64,000 bases of DNA from Candidatus Cloacimonadales bacterium (GTDB lineage Bacteria; Cloacimonadota; Cloacimonadia; Cloacimonadales; JAFGVF01), in the NCBI GenBank assembly GCA_963677495.2, contig CAXXOU010000002.1, forward strand, positions 288,001 through 352,000, given 5' to 3'. Shown piece by piece: positions 31,881-42,677 of the stretch. Below the pieces are notes generated by a model, which was not told the origin of the DNA, searched no databases, and saw only the letters and a list, made by a program, of their open reading frames with translations. The translations under genes were made by a program, and so were the position numbers. The first letter of the stretch is position 1, and the number at the start of each line of letters is the position of its first letter.

Positions 31881-33283
31881 CGGACTTGCACTGCAACGCT
31901 AGTGCCTGAGAAGCCGTAATCGATAAGAGAAGGCTCTTGGGACGAGAACGAAAATCTTACCTCGCGTCCATAGGAGCTTGCGTACTTCGACTCAAAGCGA
32001 TGTCTTGTTTCAACACCTGTACCTTTGGAATGGTTGAAAACCTTGCAAATGGTGCACTTCGAAGGGAAAGCACCTCGCAATTGTAACGAAACCCGCTTCG
32101 AATGACGACTCTGTCGTCACAGCAACTCAGGAGAGTCGCAGTACAATGTAGTGCGAGTGTCCACACTTGCACATAGCTTGCAAGGCTATATTGTGGAAGC
32201 TTATCGTGTACTGAAACTAGTATTGACTGAAGAGATGCCAGCTGTAGAGAACATACTTGGACTGTAATATTCTAAATTACGGTCAGTGGAAGCTGACGAC
32301 TCTGTCGTCACAGCAACTCAGGAGAGTCGCAGTACAATGTAGTGCGAGTACCCTCATTTGCACAAAACTCCTTCAGCTTGTTTTAGCCTTGAAGAGGTGT
32401 CTGTTTAATAGCCACATGCTTTGGCATGTGGTAAACGTAATCTAAGAAGATGTAGCCCTAAAGGGGCGTAAGATTAACATGTTTAGAGATCCGACGCCCC
32501 TTCAGGGCTAATCTTGACCGAGAACTATAACCCCAAGTGACAAGCCGCATGGGGCTATTGAACAATCACTCTTTCAGAGCTTAATTATTCCATTATTATT
32601 CCTTATTTTCTCTATTACAATTCCTGCGAAACACTTGAACAAACCTTGAGCATTACTTGAGCAATACTTGGGGATATGCCCAAGTATTGGACAAGTGATT
32701 CGAAAGCTATTCGGAAGAAATGAAGAACTATTGTAAGAGAGCAAAAAATGAAAATGCCATCTGCAATCTGTACCTTTGGAATGGTTGTAAACCTTGCAAA
32801 TGGTGCACTTCGTAGGAAGAAACACCACACCGTTAAAACGGCACCCCTCTACAAGAGGGGAATGTCCAAGAGCACCATTTCGAAGGTCTAAGGACCATTT
32901 GAAAGGTAGTATATTGCCATATTTCGCTATGAGTCCAACTCCCATTCTGTCGCTTTGACTCCAGCTAACAATTTTCCACTAACAATTTTCCCAAATTTGC
33001 CCTTCCTCATCCCTTCCGGTTCCGTGAATAAAAAAGGTGTTTCAAAGGTTAGCCACAGGTGACCCTCTCGTGACCCTCTCGTGGAATGGCTCGATTTATC
33101 CACATGATGTGGATAACTTGAATATTTATGGAAAACTTGTCGTAGTCACGCGACTGGAAGGGATGCGTAATGCTTATTTTCAGCAAAATTTGGTTGCAAA
33201 ATTTGTTTACACTCTGTAAGTAAGATTTATTTCAAAGTGTGTAAAGGTACCATTTTCAAGGTCTGAGGACCATTGAAAATGTA
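31881..33283. repeat. 1.4-kb non-coding mosaic of several REP-like repeat families
   Basis: Identical 56-bp direct repeats at 32103-32158 and 32294-32349. 36-bp family at 32020 and 32771, inverted at 32872 and 33247. Inverted TAGCCCT(A/G)AAGGGGCGT pair 32453-32510. RAYT-REP variant at 31882. Confidence 0.8.
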
Positions 33284-33300
33284 TATTGCTATGATAATAA

Positions 33301-33330
33301 AAAAGCCCCAAAATTGCTTTGGGGCTTTCT
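33301..33330 (-). terminator. Intrinsic terminator
   Basis: AAAGCCCCAAA / TTTGGGGCTTT with an A-tract on the left (T-tract on the minus strand). Confidence 0.75.
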
Positions 33331-33348
33331 TAAAAGTGTTTGGGTAAA

Positions 33349-34419
33349 TTATCTATGATAAAGCTGTCTGGTTTCCCATGCTATGTTTTGCAGTATAGGA
33401 CGTTCAGTTTCATCTACAATTGTACCATGATCCCAATCTGAGCCTAATGCTGATTCACCCCAAAAAGCTGAATAGAACATGCATGCAGCTAAATATGTAC
33501 CTTCCGGAGTTGGGTGATTGCCATCTGCTTGGTACAATTCTATCTCTGGATACTGATTGCGGCATCTTTGGAATGCTCTGCCTACAGCAATTACTGGTGC
33601 ACCAATCTCGTAACCAATGTGATTGTACGCTGCAGCTTGCATCTCTATCATTGTTTCGAATGTGCCTTGATATGGGGCACTCATAAAGAGAACAGTTTGA
33701 GCACCTGATGCAGTGATGATATTATTGAAAAGTGTTACATATTCATAGAATATCTCAGGGCTGTTTACAGGCCAGGAAGTGTTTTCTTGAAGAACCACAT
33801 AGTCATAGTTTCCATTAGTTATTGCATCTTGAGTAGTCTGATTACCCCAATGTCCTTGAAGAGTCATTCCTCCACCTGTTATGTCTTCGCAAATAATATC
33901 AGTTTCAGGGTTAAGGTCTTCTGCTATTGCTTCTAAATGAACATATACACCACTATTGTAATAGGTGATACTGTTACCAATAAAGAGGATACGCGTTGGT
34001 GATTCAACATCCTCACCAAAATCTACTATTATTTCTAATTCACCTGTATTCGGGTTCATAGTTACATCAATGTTTGCAGTTGCTGTTTCTCCTGCAACAA
34101 TAGTAGCAGTTCCGGTACCGGAACCAATAACGTCGTCATCTTCATAAATGTTGACTGTTATGGAATATTCACCCGATTGTAGGTCTGTAAATCTTCCGGT
34201 TGCGGTGGAGCCATCAATTTCAAGTTCTAATGATTCGAAGAAATCTCCAGATGTGATTGAAACTATCACCCGTGATATTCGATAATTCATTTCAACAGCA
34301 GACGCGAGATCTAAAGAGATTGGAAGTTCACCTGTTTTCGTTTCCGGTTTAGTGGATTCAGTACCACATCCAACTAAAAGGAGGGTTACTAAAAGTAATA
34401 TAGAGAAAAGCTTATTCAT
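33349..34419 (-). CDS. Lipoprotein with Ig-like domain and SGNH/GDSL (DUF4886-like) hydrolase domain
   Basis: Lipobox LLVGC; ILFIGNSITY, DYVVLQE, DGNHP. Confidence 0.8.
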   Translation of the reverse strand: MNKLFSILLLVTLLLVGCGTESTKPETKTGELPISLDLASAVEMNYRISRVIVSITSGDFFESLELEIDGSTATGRFTDLQSGEYSITVNIYEDDDVIGSGTGTATIVAGETATANIDVTMNPNTGELEIIVDFGEDVESPTRILFIGNSITYYNSGVYVHLEAIAEDLNPETDIICEDITGGGMTLQGHWGNQTTQDAITNGNYDYVVLQENTSWPVNSPEIFYEYVTLFNNIITASGAQTVLFMSAPYQGTFETMIEMQAAAYNHIGYEIGAPVIAVGRAFQRCRNQYPEIELYQADGNHPTPEGTYLAACMFYSAFWGESALGSDWDHGTIVDETERPILQNIAWETRQLYHR

Positions 34420-36049
34420 TATTATCTCCTGAATCACTTAAATAAAGTTTTGCTTTGTTTATAACTTCAGTTTCAACACCTAGTAGTTCAGCAATCATCA
34501 GTGCTGTCCTTGGTGGTTGTCTCTCATTATCAAGTTTGATTAAGTTAAATTTTTGAATCTTATTTAGTTTAGCAATTCTTGATTCAGTGTCAAGAATCTC
34601 TTCTGATTTAATCTCATTAAACAGTTCTTCCGTTAAGCCGGGTATAACAAAATGGTCAGCATCATGAATCATTGCCGGGGCAGTGAAGTGGGTAGATGTG
34701 AAGACAAAGTGTTCTGAATCTTTGAATGACTCCAGCACTGCTCTGCATAAGGCTTCACCCTCTTGCGGGTTAGTTCCACGAGCAAACTCGTCAATAAGGA
34801 ATAGTCCTTTACCTGGCTGATCTTTATGCTTCTGAAGTTCAACAATATTGAAAGCAAAACTACTCAAATTATCTCCTTGCAGATGAGGATCATATCCGCT
34901 GAAGTAGATGAAATCAAAGAGCGGTATCTCAGCATAACTACAAGGAACAGGGATTGCGTATGCTGCTAAGTAAGCTAGTTGACCAATAGTCTTAAGTGCT
35001 GAAGTTTTCCCTGCCATATTAGCACCAATCAGGATTGATAAAGGATTCTCAAGCTCAATATCAATTGCTTGATAACTCAAGCCTGCCTTTGTAAGTTCCC
35101 TCTTCATGGGTATATTTACTACATTACTGATAATAAATCTATCCATATCATCAATATGAGGAACAGAACAATTATACTTGTAAGCAAATAGAGCTTTAGC
35201 AAACCTGATGTCAAAGAGAGCAATCCTGTTTTGAGTTTTAATGATGTTATCTAGGAAGTGCTCTCTAATGTGCTCAGTAATAAACATTCTTGCTGTATGT
35301 TCAGCTTTCCTAATTGCAGTTATTGTTTCTGCTGTTTGCCTTGCATTCTCAAGATCTTCTTCGTCATCTTTTAATTTGTATATAATATTAGCAAAGTTCT
35401 GTTTTGTTCTCACGAACAACCCACACTCATCTAAACTCTTAATCATCTTCATATTTGTTCTCGATACTATGATATCACTTTCGCATTTAGTAAGATTCAA
35501 GAGCTCTTTAGCTTTATTGATTTTATTTTGTTGCTTAAGTTTGCTTATTCGTGCTAGTTCAGCAAGTTTTAGTCTTAGATTTGTGAGTTCTTTAGAAAAC
35601 TCATCATATAATTGAAAAGATGAAGTTTCCGATTGTCTAGGGTCAAGATAGTGATACAACTCTTTCATCTCATGCAGGTCGGGAGGACAGAGATGGCATT
35701 CTGACATAAGCTCAGTTATTTTTCTTATCGCTAGTGCAAAGACTTTAATCTCTTGTAGTTCAAATAGCTCCAAAACATTATCTCTAGCACCATGTAAAGT
35801 ACCAGATAAATCTTTTATATGTGAGAGCCAAAGCTTAATCCCTTCAATTCTACCTAAATCATCTTTAAAATGGGAGATGATTCCTGAAACAATCTCATAC
35901 TCTTTTCGAGCTTCTTCAATCTCATTAGGAGTAAAAGGTTTTAACTCAGCTTTAAGTTTCTTACCAGGCTCCGACTGAGGGTTAATATTAGAGATAATAC
36001 TCTGTAGTTCTAAGATTCTGTATGATTGCTTATCTGTTATTTTATGCAT
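34412..36049 (-). CDS. MutS domain V-type ATPase lacking the mismatch-binding domain
   Basis: GANMAGKT, LSSF, IDEFARGTNPQEG, STHF; only 545 aa. Confidence 0.8.
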   Translation of the reverse strand: MHKITDKQSYRILELQSIISNINPQSEPGKKLKAELKPFTPNEIEEARKEYEIVSGIISHFKDDLGRIEGIKLWLSHIKDLSGTLHGARDNVLELFELQEIKVFALAIRKITELMSECHLCPPDLHEMKELYHYLDPRQSETSSFQLYDEFSKELTNLRLKLAELARISKLKQQNKINKAKELLNLTKCESDIIVSRTNMKMIKSLDECGLFVRTKQNFANIIYKLKDDEEDLENARQTAETITAIRKAEHTARMFITEHIREHFLDNIIKTQNRIALFDIRFAKALFAYKYNCSVPHIDDMDRFIISNVVNIPMKRELTKAGLSYQAIDIELENPLSILIGANMAGKTSALKTIGQLAYLAAYAIPVPCSYAEIPLFDFIYFSGYDPHLQGDNLSSFAFNIVELQKHKDQPGKGLFLIDEFARGTNPQEGEALCRAVLESFKDSEHFVFTSTHFTAPAMIHDADHFVIPGLTEELFNEIKSEEILDTESRIAKLNKIQKFNLIKLDNERQPPRTALMIAELLGVETEVINKAKLYLSDSGDNNE

Positions 36050-36206
36050 TGTCTCTCCGATTCATAGCGATATCATCATGCAAAGTATGAGATAGTTAGC
36101 GTCAAGTTTTTTGTCATCTATGTCATTGTAATATCATTTTCCTTGACACTATAGTCGAATCAGCAAACTGATTTTTACTTGATAATTCTCATTTAAAGGA
36201 GCTATT

Positions 36207-37193
36207 ATGTTGAAGATAGGCGTTGTAGGCGTTGGCCACTTAGGAAGACATCATGCCAGAATTCTCAGCACCCTCAGTAATTGCGAGATGGTTGGGATTT
36301 ACGATAATGATAACGAGAGAGCGGAAGCTATTGCTAAAGAGTTTGGATTGAAGAGTTTTGAAAGCTATGAGAGTCTTTTGCAGAATATTGATGCAATTGA
36401 TATTGCAGTAACCACAACTTATCATTACGAACTTGCCAAGCAAGCTTTGGAAGCTAAGAAGCATGTTTTCATTGAGAAACCTATCACAACAACAGTAGCT
36501 CAAGGTGAAGAACTTATAAAGATTGCTAAAGCTAATGGTGTAAAACTACAGGTTGGACATATCGAGAGATTCAACCCTGTAATCGTTAAATCAGCTGATT
36601 TAATTGGTTCACCTTTGTTTATAGAATCACATAGGCTTCATAAATTCAACCCACGAGGTACTGATGTACCTGTAGTGCTTGACCTTATGATTCATGATAT
36701 TGATTTGATACTTAGCTTTGTGAAGAGTGATATTGTTGATATCCAGGCAAGCGGTGTTGGAATTGTTACTGATAGTATTGATATCGCTAATGCAAGACTT
36801 CAGTTTGCTAACGGTGCTGTTGCAAATATTACAACCAGCCGTATCTCAATGAAGATGGAAAGAAAGATTAGATTCTTCCAGAAAGAAGCTTATATCTCTG
36901 TGAATTTCCAAGATAAGGAGATTCTCGCTATTCGTAAATCCAAAGATCTTAAGAAGATTCTTCCATCTATTCTATTAGGTGAGAAGAACTTCAATCCGGA
37001 AGATCTGGTGGAACAGGAAGTTATTACAGCTGAAGATATTATTAAAGATGCCCTTACTATGGAGCTTGAATCATTTGTTAATGCTATTGAAAAGGACACA
37101 GATCCAATTTGCAGTGGTGAAGATGGACTCAAAGCTCTTAAAGTGGCACAAAAGATTATAGATAAGATAAATAACCATATGGTTATGAACTAG
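36207..37193 (+). CDS. Gfo/Idh/MocA family oxidoreductase
   Basis: GVGHLG, EKP, VGHIERFNP, DLMIHDID. Confidence 0.9.
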   Translation: MLKIGVVGVGHLGRHHARILSTLSNCEMVGIYDNDNERAEAIAKEFGLKSFESYESLLQNIDAIDIAVTTTYHYELAKQALEAKKHVFIEKPITTTVAQGEELIKIAKANGVKLQVGHIERFNPVIVKSADLIGSPLFIESHRLHKFNPRGTDVPVVLDLMIHDIDLILSFVKSDIVDIQASGVGIVTDSIDIANARLQFANGAVANITTSRISMKMERKIRFFQKEAYISVNFQDKEILAIRKSKDLKKILPSILLGEKNFNPEDLVEQEVITAEDIIKDALTMELESFVNAIEKDTDPICSGEDGLKALKVAQKIIDKINNHMVMN

Positions 37194-37215
37194 AATATAT
37201 TAAGTGGAGTTATAA

Positions 37216-38511
37216 ATGAAAGATGTACAAGTAAAAGATATAAAGAACCATTTAGGTGAAGAGGTTCGACTTAACGGTTGGGTTAAAAACATCCGTTCAA
37301 GCGGTAAGTTACTCTTTATCATTTTCAGAGACGGCACAGGTTGGTTACAAGCTGTAGTTTTTAAACCTGGGATTGGAGAAGAGAAGTTTGCTTATGCGAA
37401 AACTCTTACTCTCGAGTCTTCTGTTTCCATCATTGGTGTTCCTAAAAAGCATCCGAAGAAAGAGGATGTATATGAAGTTGATGTGAATGATGTGCAGATT
37501 GTCCAACTCACTGATGACTATCCTATCAGTAACAAAGAGCATGGACCAGACTTCCTTCTTTCAAACAGACATCTCTGGATACGTTCATCTAAGCAATGGG
37601 CTAACTTGCGTGTAAGACATACAGTTTATTTCGCTATCTGTGAGTATCTTAACAATAATGATTTCATTAGATTCGATTCACCTATTCTTACTCCGAATGC
37701 TTGTGAAGGAACTACTACACTCTTTGATGTTGATTACTTTGATCAAGGTAAAGCGTATCTTTCACAGTCTGGTCAGCTATATCTTGAACCGGCTATTATG
37801 AGTCTTGGTAAAGTTTATGACTTCGGTCCTGTTTTCCGTGCTGAAAAATCAAAGACTCGTAAGCATCTCACAGAGTTCTGGATGATGGATGCTGAAGCTG
37901 CTTATGTTGAACATGCTGAAAACATGAAGATTCAGGAAGGGATGATTAGACACGTAATCAATAGCGTTGTTGAGAAGTGTGCGAAAGAACTTGAGATTCT
38001 TGAAAGAGATGTTGAGCAACTTAAGAAAGCTGATGCTCCTTTCAAGATTATCACTCACAAAGAAGCTGTTGATATTTGTCGTGCAAAAGGCTCAGAGATG
38101 GGTTATGATGAGGACTTCGGTGCTGCAGAAGAGAGCATGATTACTGAAGGTTCTGATGTCCCTGTATTCATTGAGAAATGGCCTAAAGAGATTAAGGCTT
38201 TCTATATGAAACGTGACCCTGAGAACCCTGAGCTTGTGCTTGGTAGTGACCTTATTGCACCTGAGGAGTTTGGTGAGATTATCGGTGGCTCACAGCGTGA
38301 AGATGATTATGACCTGCTTCGTGAAAGAATGGTTGCTGAAGATATGGATATTGAAGCATATCAGTGGTATCTTGATATGAGAAAGTACGGTTCAGTCCCA
38401 CATAGTGGTTTCGGGGTTGGTCTTGAAAGACTTACTCAGTGGATGACCGGTACTCGTCATATCCGTGAAGTTATCCCATTCCCACGTATGATTTATAGAA
38501 TCTATCCATAA
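37216..38511 (+). CDS. asnS: Asparagine--tRNA ligase
   Basis: OB fold, YLSQSGQLY, FRAEKSKTRKHLTEFW, GEIIGGSQRED, PHSGFGVGLER. Confidence 0.95.
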   Translation: MKDVQVKDIKNHLGEEVRLNGWVKNIRSSGKLLFIIFRDGTGWLQAVVFKPGIGEEKFAYAKTLTLESSVSIIGVPKKHPKKEDVYEVDVNDVQIVQLTDDYPISNKEHGPDFLLSNRHLWIRSSKQWANLRVRHTVYFAICEYLNNNDFIRFDSPILTPNACEGTTTLFDVDYFDQGKAYLSQSGQLYLEPAIMSLGKVYDFGPVFRAEKSKTRKHLTEFWMMDAEAAYVEHAENMKIQEGMIRHVINSVVEKCAKELEILERDVEQLKKADAPFKIITHKEAVDICRAKGSEMGYDEDFGAAEESMITEGSDVPVFIEKWPKEIKAFYMKRDPENPELVLGSDLIAPEEFGEIIGGSQREDDYDLLRERMVAEDMDIEAYQWYLDMRKYGSVPHSGFGVGLERLTQWMTGTRHIREVIPFPRMIYRIYP

Positions 38512-38532
38512 GAGATAGTTGATATATTGTTT

Positions 38533-38560
38533 AAGGGCACACTTGTTGTGCCCTTTTCTT
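38533..38560 (+). terminator. Intrinsic terminator after asnS
   Basis: AAGGGCACA / TGTGCCCTT plus T-rich tail. Confidence 0.75.
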
Positions 38561-38827
38561 TATGGAATGCACCATCTGCGTTGGTGCGTCTTGTCATGTC
38601 CTACAATGTTGGAGACATAGCGAGAGCTTCTCTGACGAAATCCCTTGATTGTTTAAAACTTGCTCTAACTATAGCTATACACAGTTTCAGAAGCTGTCAC
38701 TAGTGCGAGTTTACGAGCTTGGGGAAATGCGTTAATGCTTCATTGACACTTACTCACTTCGAAGTCGCAATTCCCCAAGCTCCCAAGCTCCTTCCAGTCG
38801 CACAGGTGACTGCTTCAGAATTTGTAC

Positions 38828-39167
38828 ACAGTGCGATTTGCAATAACTTACATCATTTCAAGGAGTTTGTCAGCCTGATAAGGCAACGGACTTCCTTAAA
38901 TGTACTTCGAAGTCACTTTTCCCTGATTTCGTTCTCTCGTCACGCTGTCGCTGCAACGCAAGTCCGAAATTGACATACACAGTGACTTTTGCAATGACTT
39001 AGCTACAATTTATGCCCTTTTTTATCCCTTTTACTGCTCTATCCGGCAACGCACTGTGTCTGCACTGTGCACGCACTGTGAAGGCACTGCCAACCCACTG
39101 TTTCACTGGGTTCACAGTGCGTGCACAGTGGGAAAACAGTGGGATGAGTGTGTTTTGATAGAAGGTT
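38828..39167 (-). repeat. 340-bp dispersed composite repeat, copy 1
   Basis: Reverse complement aligns along its length with 59747-60086; contains a RAYT-type REP and an 11-bp-periodic CACTG/CAGTG array. Confidence 0.85.
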
Positions 39168-39721
39168 TACATCAACTCTCACTCACCAGACCTGCACCGT
39201 GTGTATCAAACTTGGCTTAAAGCTTCGTCTTGCCAGGTGTGCTCAAGATTTTGTTATGTGTATTATCCTGTACTGCTAACTAATCTGAATTAGATTAAAC
39301 CCTATCACATATTAAAAAAATCATAAAAAATAGGACACTTTGTTTACAGCTTATAGTAGATAATACTAACAGAATCTACATTGCATCTCACCTAAATATT
39401 CAAAAGAAGATATATTCTAATTGATTATAAGCGGGGGTTACTTGCCTTGTGAAAAGATAATATATGCTTGGAATATATTTTGCATGCTAAATAAGGTGTA
39501 GGAAATCATGATAGGAGGTAACTATGAGATTTCATAATAATTATACTTAAATTAGGTTTCGATGACACTTTTGTAGGACTTTTAAATAGTTAACTGTAAA
39601 AAAAACTAATGATTACGTGTTTTAACTTCAAAGCTTAGTTATTACTTATTTTTATAGGTAATTGGCATTCTAAAACAGATAGCCTTTTGCTATCACAAAT
39701 TCATATTATCGGAGGATAATT

Positions 39722-42496
39722 ATGAAAAAGATTTTATTTATTGTAGCACTGATTTCAATAACGCTGATGTGCTTTTCAATCGAATACATTACTACCACAG
39801 TAACTTGGGCATCGAATCAAACTATAACGGATAATATTGAAGTAACTTCAACAGGGTCATTAACAATTGATGCTGGAGTGACAGTGACATTCTCTGGGGA
39901 CTATTACTTAAAAGTTCAGGGTGACTTTTTTGTTAATGGTGCCAGTGGAAGTGTTGTTACTTTTACTGCTACTACTGAATGGCAGGGTCTAATTCTAGAT
40001 TCTATCTCGGGCTGTGATATAGAATATGCAAAATTTGAAAATGTTGAAGGAGCTGGTGCAATCCAAATAGATAGCTGTAATAACCTACTTGTAGATAATT
40101 GTACAGTATTTAATTGTAATGGTAATATAGCATATTCAACATCGAGTGCTACGAGCGGTGGCATTCTAGTTGTTGATTCAGAAGAAATTACAATCAGCAA
40201 TTGCTATATTCATGATAACGAAATTAATGATTCAACCAGATCTATGTTTGCCGGCTCAGCTATTACAATTTATGAGTCAGAAGATATTGAGATAATAGAC
40301 TGTCAAATTGATGATAATGAAGATGTATATGATACTAATGCATATAGTAACCATCATGGTGCAATAAAGGTGAAACATGCCTGTGATTTAAATACTTACA
40401 CTACTGCCGATGCTATAACAATTAAAGGAACTACATTAGATGGTAATATCAGTTACAAAGGTGGAGCAATTGGGATAGATGTCCAACATGATGATATTGA
40501 AGTTTATATTACTGATTGTAAAATGATAGACAATACAGCAGAATTACATGGTGGGGGATTATATGTAAAAGCAGAAGATGTTATAGTAGATAGTTGTGTA
40601 ATCGCTTCTAATGAGATCTTAGATGATGAAGGTGCTGGAGGTGGATTTTATTTCACAGATTCCGGTTGTGGTAATACATCCAACAATGTCTTTAAGAATA
40701 GTTTAGTTTATGATAACTATTCAGATAAGTTTGGGGGAGGTGGTGCAATTTATCTGACACAAGTAGATGTTTTGAACTGTACTTTTGCTGATAACTCATG
40801 CTTAGCTAACAATGGAATCGGTTCTAATCCTTACTATAATGCTCATAATCTGTATTCCTCAGATACCCATACATCACTAGTATCCACACTAAGAAATAAC
40901 ATATTCTATTTATCTGATGACCAAGTAAATTATAATATTGTTGTAACACAAGTAAGAAATGGTGATATAACACTAAAAAACAACTGCTATACACCTGATA
41001 ATCTTGATAGCAATTATACATTAGAGCATGATGATTGCTTGTTTGATGAAGACCCATCATTTGTTGATGCTGGAAATTCTACCACATACCCAGATACTTA
41101 TGGATTTGAAATTACAGAGTTCAGTCCTTGTGTTAACACTGGTCTATCCTCAAGTGCAAGTGATCTTGATGATGATGATTCCCCTCATGACATTGGCTTC
41201 TGGGCTTATGATAACACAGAAGAACGAGAGTTCAATTCCGGTATTCATTGGATCTCTTTCCCAAGAATCAAAGCAACTTCCTATACTGATCCAGTTTGGA
41301 CTAATAGGAATGATACTGATGAAACTGAAGCAATAAATATTCAGCTATCTCAATTTGAGCCTTACAATGAAGAAGTCCATGTTGACATAATAAATGAAGA
41401 AGATTATGCTTATTGGGTTAATAATGCTTGGACAGGAGGTACTGAGACAATAAAGAGTCATTTGGGTTACAAAGTAGAACTCGATGTAGCTGACGAACTT
41501 GACTACTCAGGTCCTCGGCTTCCTGATGAAACAGAAGTAGAATTTGAGTATAGTGGCTCCGGTACAGACTACTTTTGGCTTGGGTTCTGGAAGGAAGGAG
41601 GTCCATATAATTTCCGTAGTTTCATAACCGAGGAAATGGATGAGAATGTTACTTACATTAAACATCAGAATTGGTATCTGACTCGAATGACAACTCAGCA
41701 AGGTGTCATCTGGTGGAAAGGTGATGTTGATGCGAAAACACAATATGGTGATATGGTTATGCTGTCCTATGAAGGAGACTTTGATTTTCCAGGCTATCCT
41801 GATATAGTTGGAAACAAAAGTGAGTCCAATGATACTAACTATTATTCAGATTACTTTACATATGAAGAGCAGATTGACTATCTGCCAATTATGTTGGAAG
41901 TACCTGATACCCTTGAAGTAGCAGAAGTTGGTGTTTATGTTGATGGAGTTTGTAGGGGTTTTGGAAAGGTTGCAGAAGATGACACAGCATACATAAGAGC
42001 ATATGTCTTGGATGAAAATAATCCTGCTGAAGCTGAGTTACAATTTGTTTATTACTTTGAAAATAGTAAGAACATGTTCTTAGTTGAAGACTACAACGTG
42101 ATTGATCCAAAGACAGGTATTACTTTAGCCACTCAGATTGATTTAGCCAATCCATCAGATTATTATATGATATCCACAAACGGAAAAGTAACCTCATTTG
42201 AAGATACATTACCTGTAAACAAGATTAGGTTGAATGTTTATCCTAACCCGATGAATTCTGAGAGTTTGAATATCGCTTATCAAGCTAGAAAAGATGCTAG
42301 GCTCAGTGTCAGTGTTTATAACATAAAAGGTCAAAAAGTAGCAAATGTCTTTAATGGTATCAGTAACACAAAGAAAGGTGAATTAATCTGGAACGGTAAA
42401 GATATAAACGGAAAAAGCGTTGCAAATGGTATCTATTTCATGCGTGCAAATAGCGAAGGAATGTCAATAACTGAGAAATTCATGATAATGAAATAA
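39722..42496 (+). CDS. Secreted right-handed beta-helix protein with C-terminal FlgD/T9SS-like domain
   Basis: Signal peptide; GGAI/GGG and N-x repeats; SPCVNTG..DIG; YPNP...YNIKGQ...WNGKD...GIYF. Confidence 0.82.
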   Translation: MKKILFIVALISITLMCFSIEYITTTVTWASNQTITDNIEVTSTGSLTIDAGVTVTFSGDYYLKVQGDFFVNGASGSVVTFTATTEWQGLILDSISGCDIEYAKFENVEGAGAIQIDSCNNLLVDNCTVFNCNGNIAYSTSSATSGGILVVDSEEITISNCYIHDNEINDSTRSMFAGSAITIYESEDIEIIDCQIDDNEDVYDTNAYSNHHGAIKVKHACDLNTYTTADAITIKGTTLDGNISYKGGAIGIDVQHDDIEVYITDCKMIDNTAELHGGGLYVKAEDVIVDSCVIASNEILDDEGAGGGFYFTDSGCGNTSNNVFKNSLVYDNYSDKFGGGGAIYLTQVDVLNCTFADNSCLANNGIGSNPYYNAHNLYSSDTHTSLVSTLRNNIFYLSDDQVNYNIVVTQVRNGDITLKNNCYTPDNLDSNYTLEHDDCLFDEDPSFVDAGNSTTYPDTYGFEITEFSPCVNTGLSSSASDLDDDDSPHDIGFWAYDNTEEREFNSGIHWISFPRIKATSYTDPVWTNRNDTDETEAINIQLSQFEPYNEEVHVDIINEEDYAYWVNNAWTGGTETIKSHLGYKVELDVADELDYSGPRLPDETEVEFEYSGSGTDYFWLGFWKEGGPYNFRSFITEEMDENVTYIKHQNWYLTRMTTQQGVIWWKGDVDAKTQYGDMVMLSYEGDFDFPGYPDIVGNKSESNDTNYYSDYFTYEEQIDYLPIMLEVPDTLEVAEVGVYVDGVCRGFGKVAEDDTAYIRAYVLDENNPAEAELQFVYYFENSKNMFLVEDYNVIDPKTGITLATQIDLANPSDYYMISTNGKVTSFEDTLPVNKIRLNVYPNPMNSESLNIAYQARKDARLSVSVYNIKGQKVANVFNGISNTKKGELIWNGKDINGKSVANGIYFMRANSEGMSITEKFMIMK

Positions 42497-42677
42497 GTAT
42501 TATAAAATGAGAGGGGGAAACCCCTCTTGTTCTTATTTTGAAAGATTGTATTGACATAACAAAAGATGACATGATATCTTTGCAAGTTCTTTTAAGTAAC
42601 TCGACTGTCTCGGTCGAGTCTAGGTTTGGAGAAACGACTCTGGGAATCGCTATAAATTTAGATGAGTTGGAGATAAA

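Noticed and set aside
31865..33219. Short ORFs in the intergenic mosaic (also 4803-5108, 15657-15914, 38719-38973, 50045-50260)
   Set aside because: They translate repeat sequence, lack recognisable domains and mostly lack an RBS.
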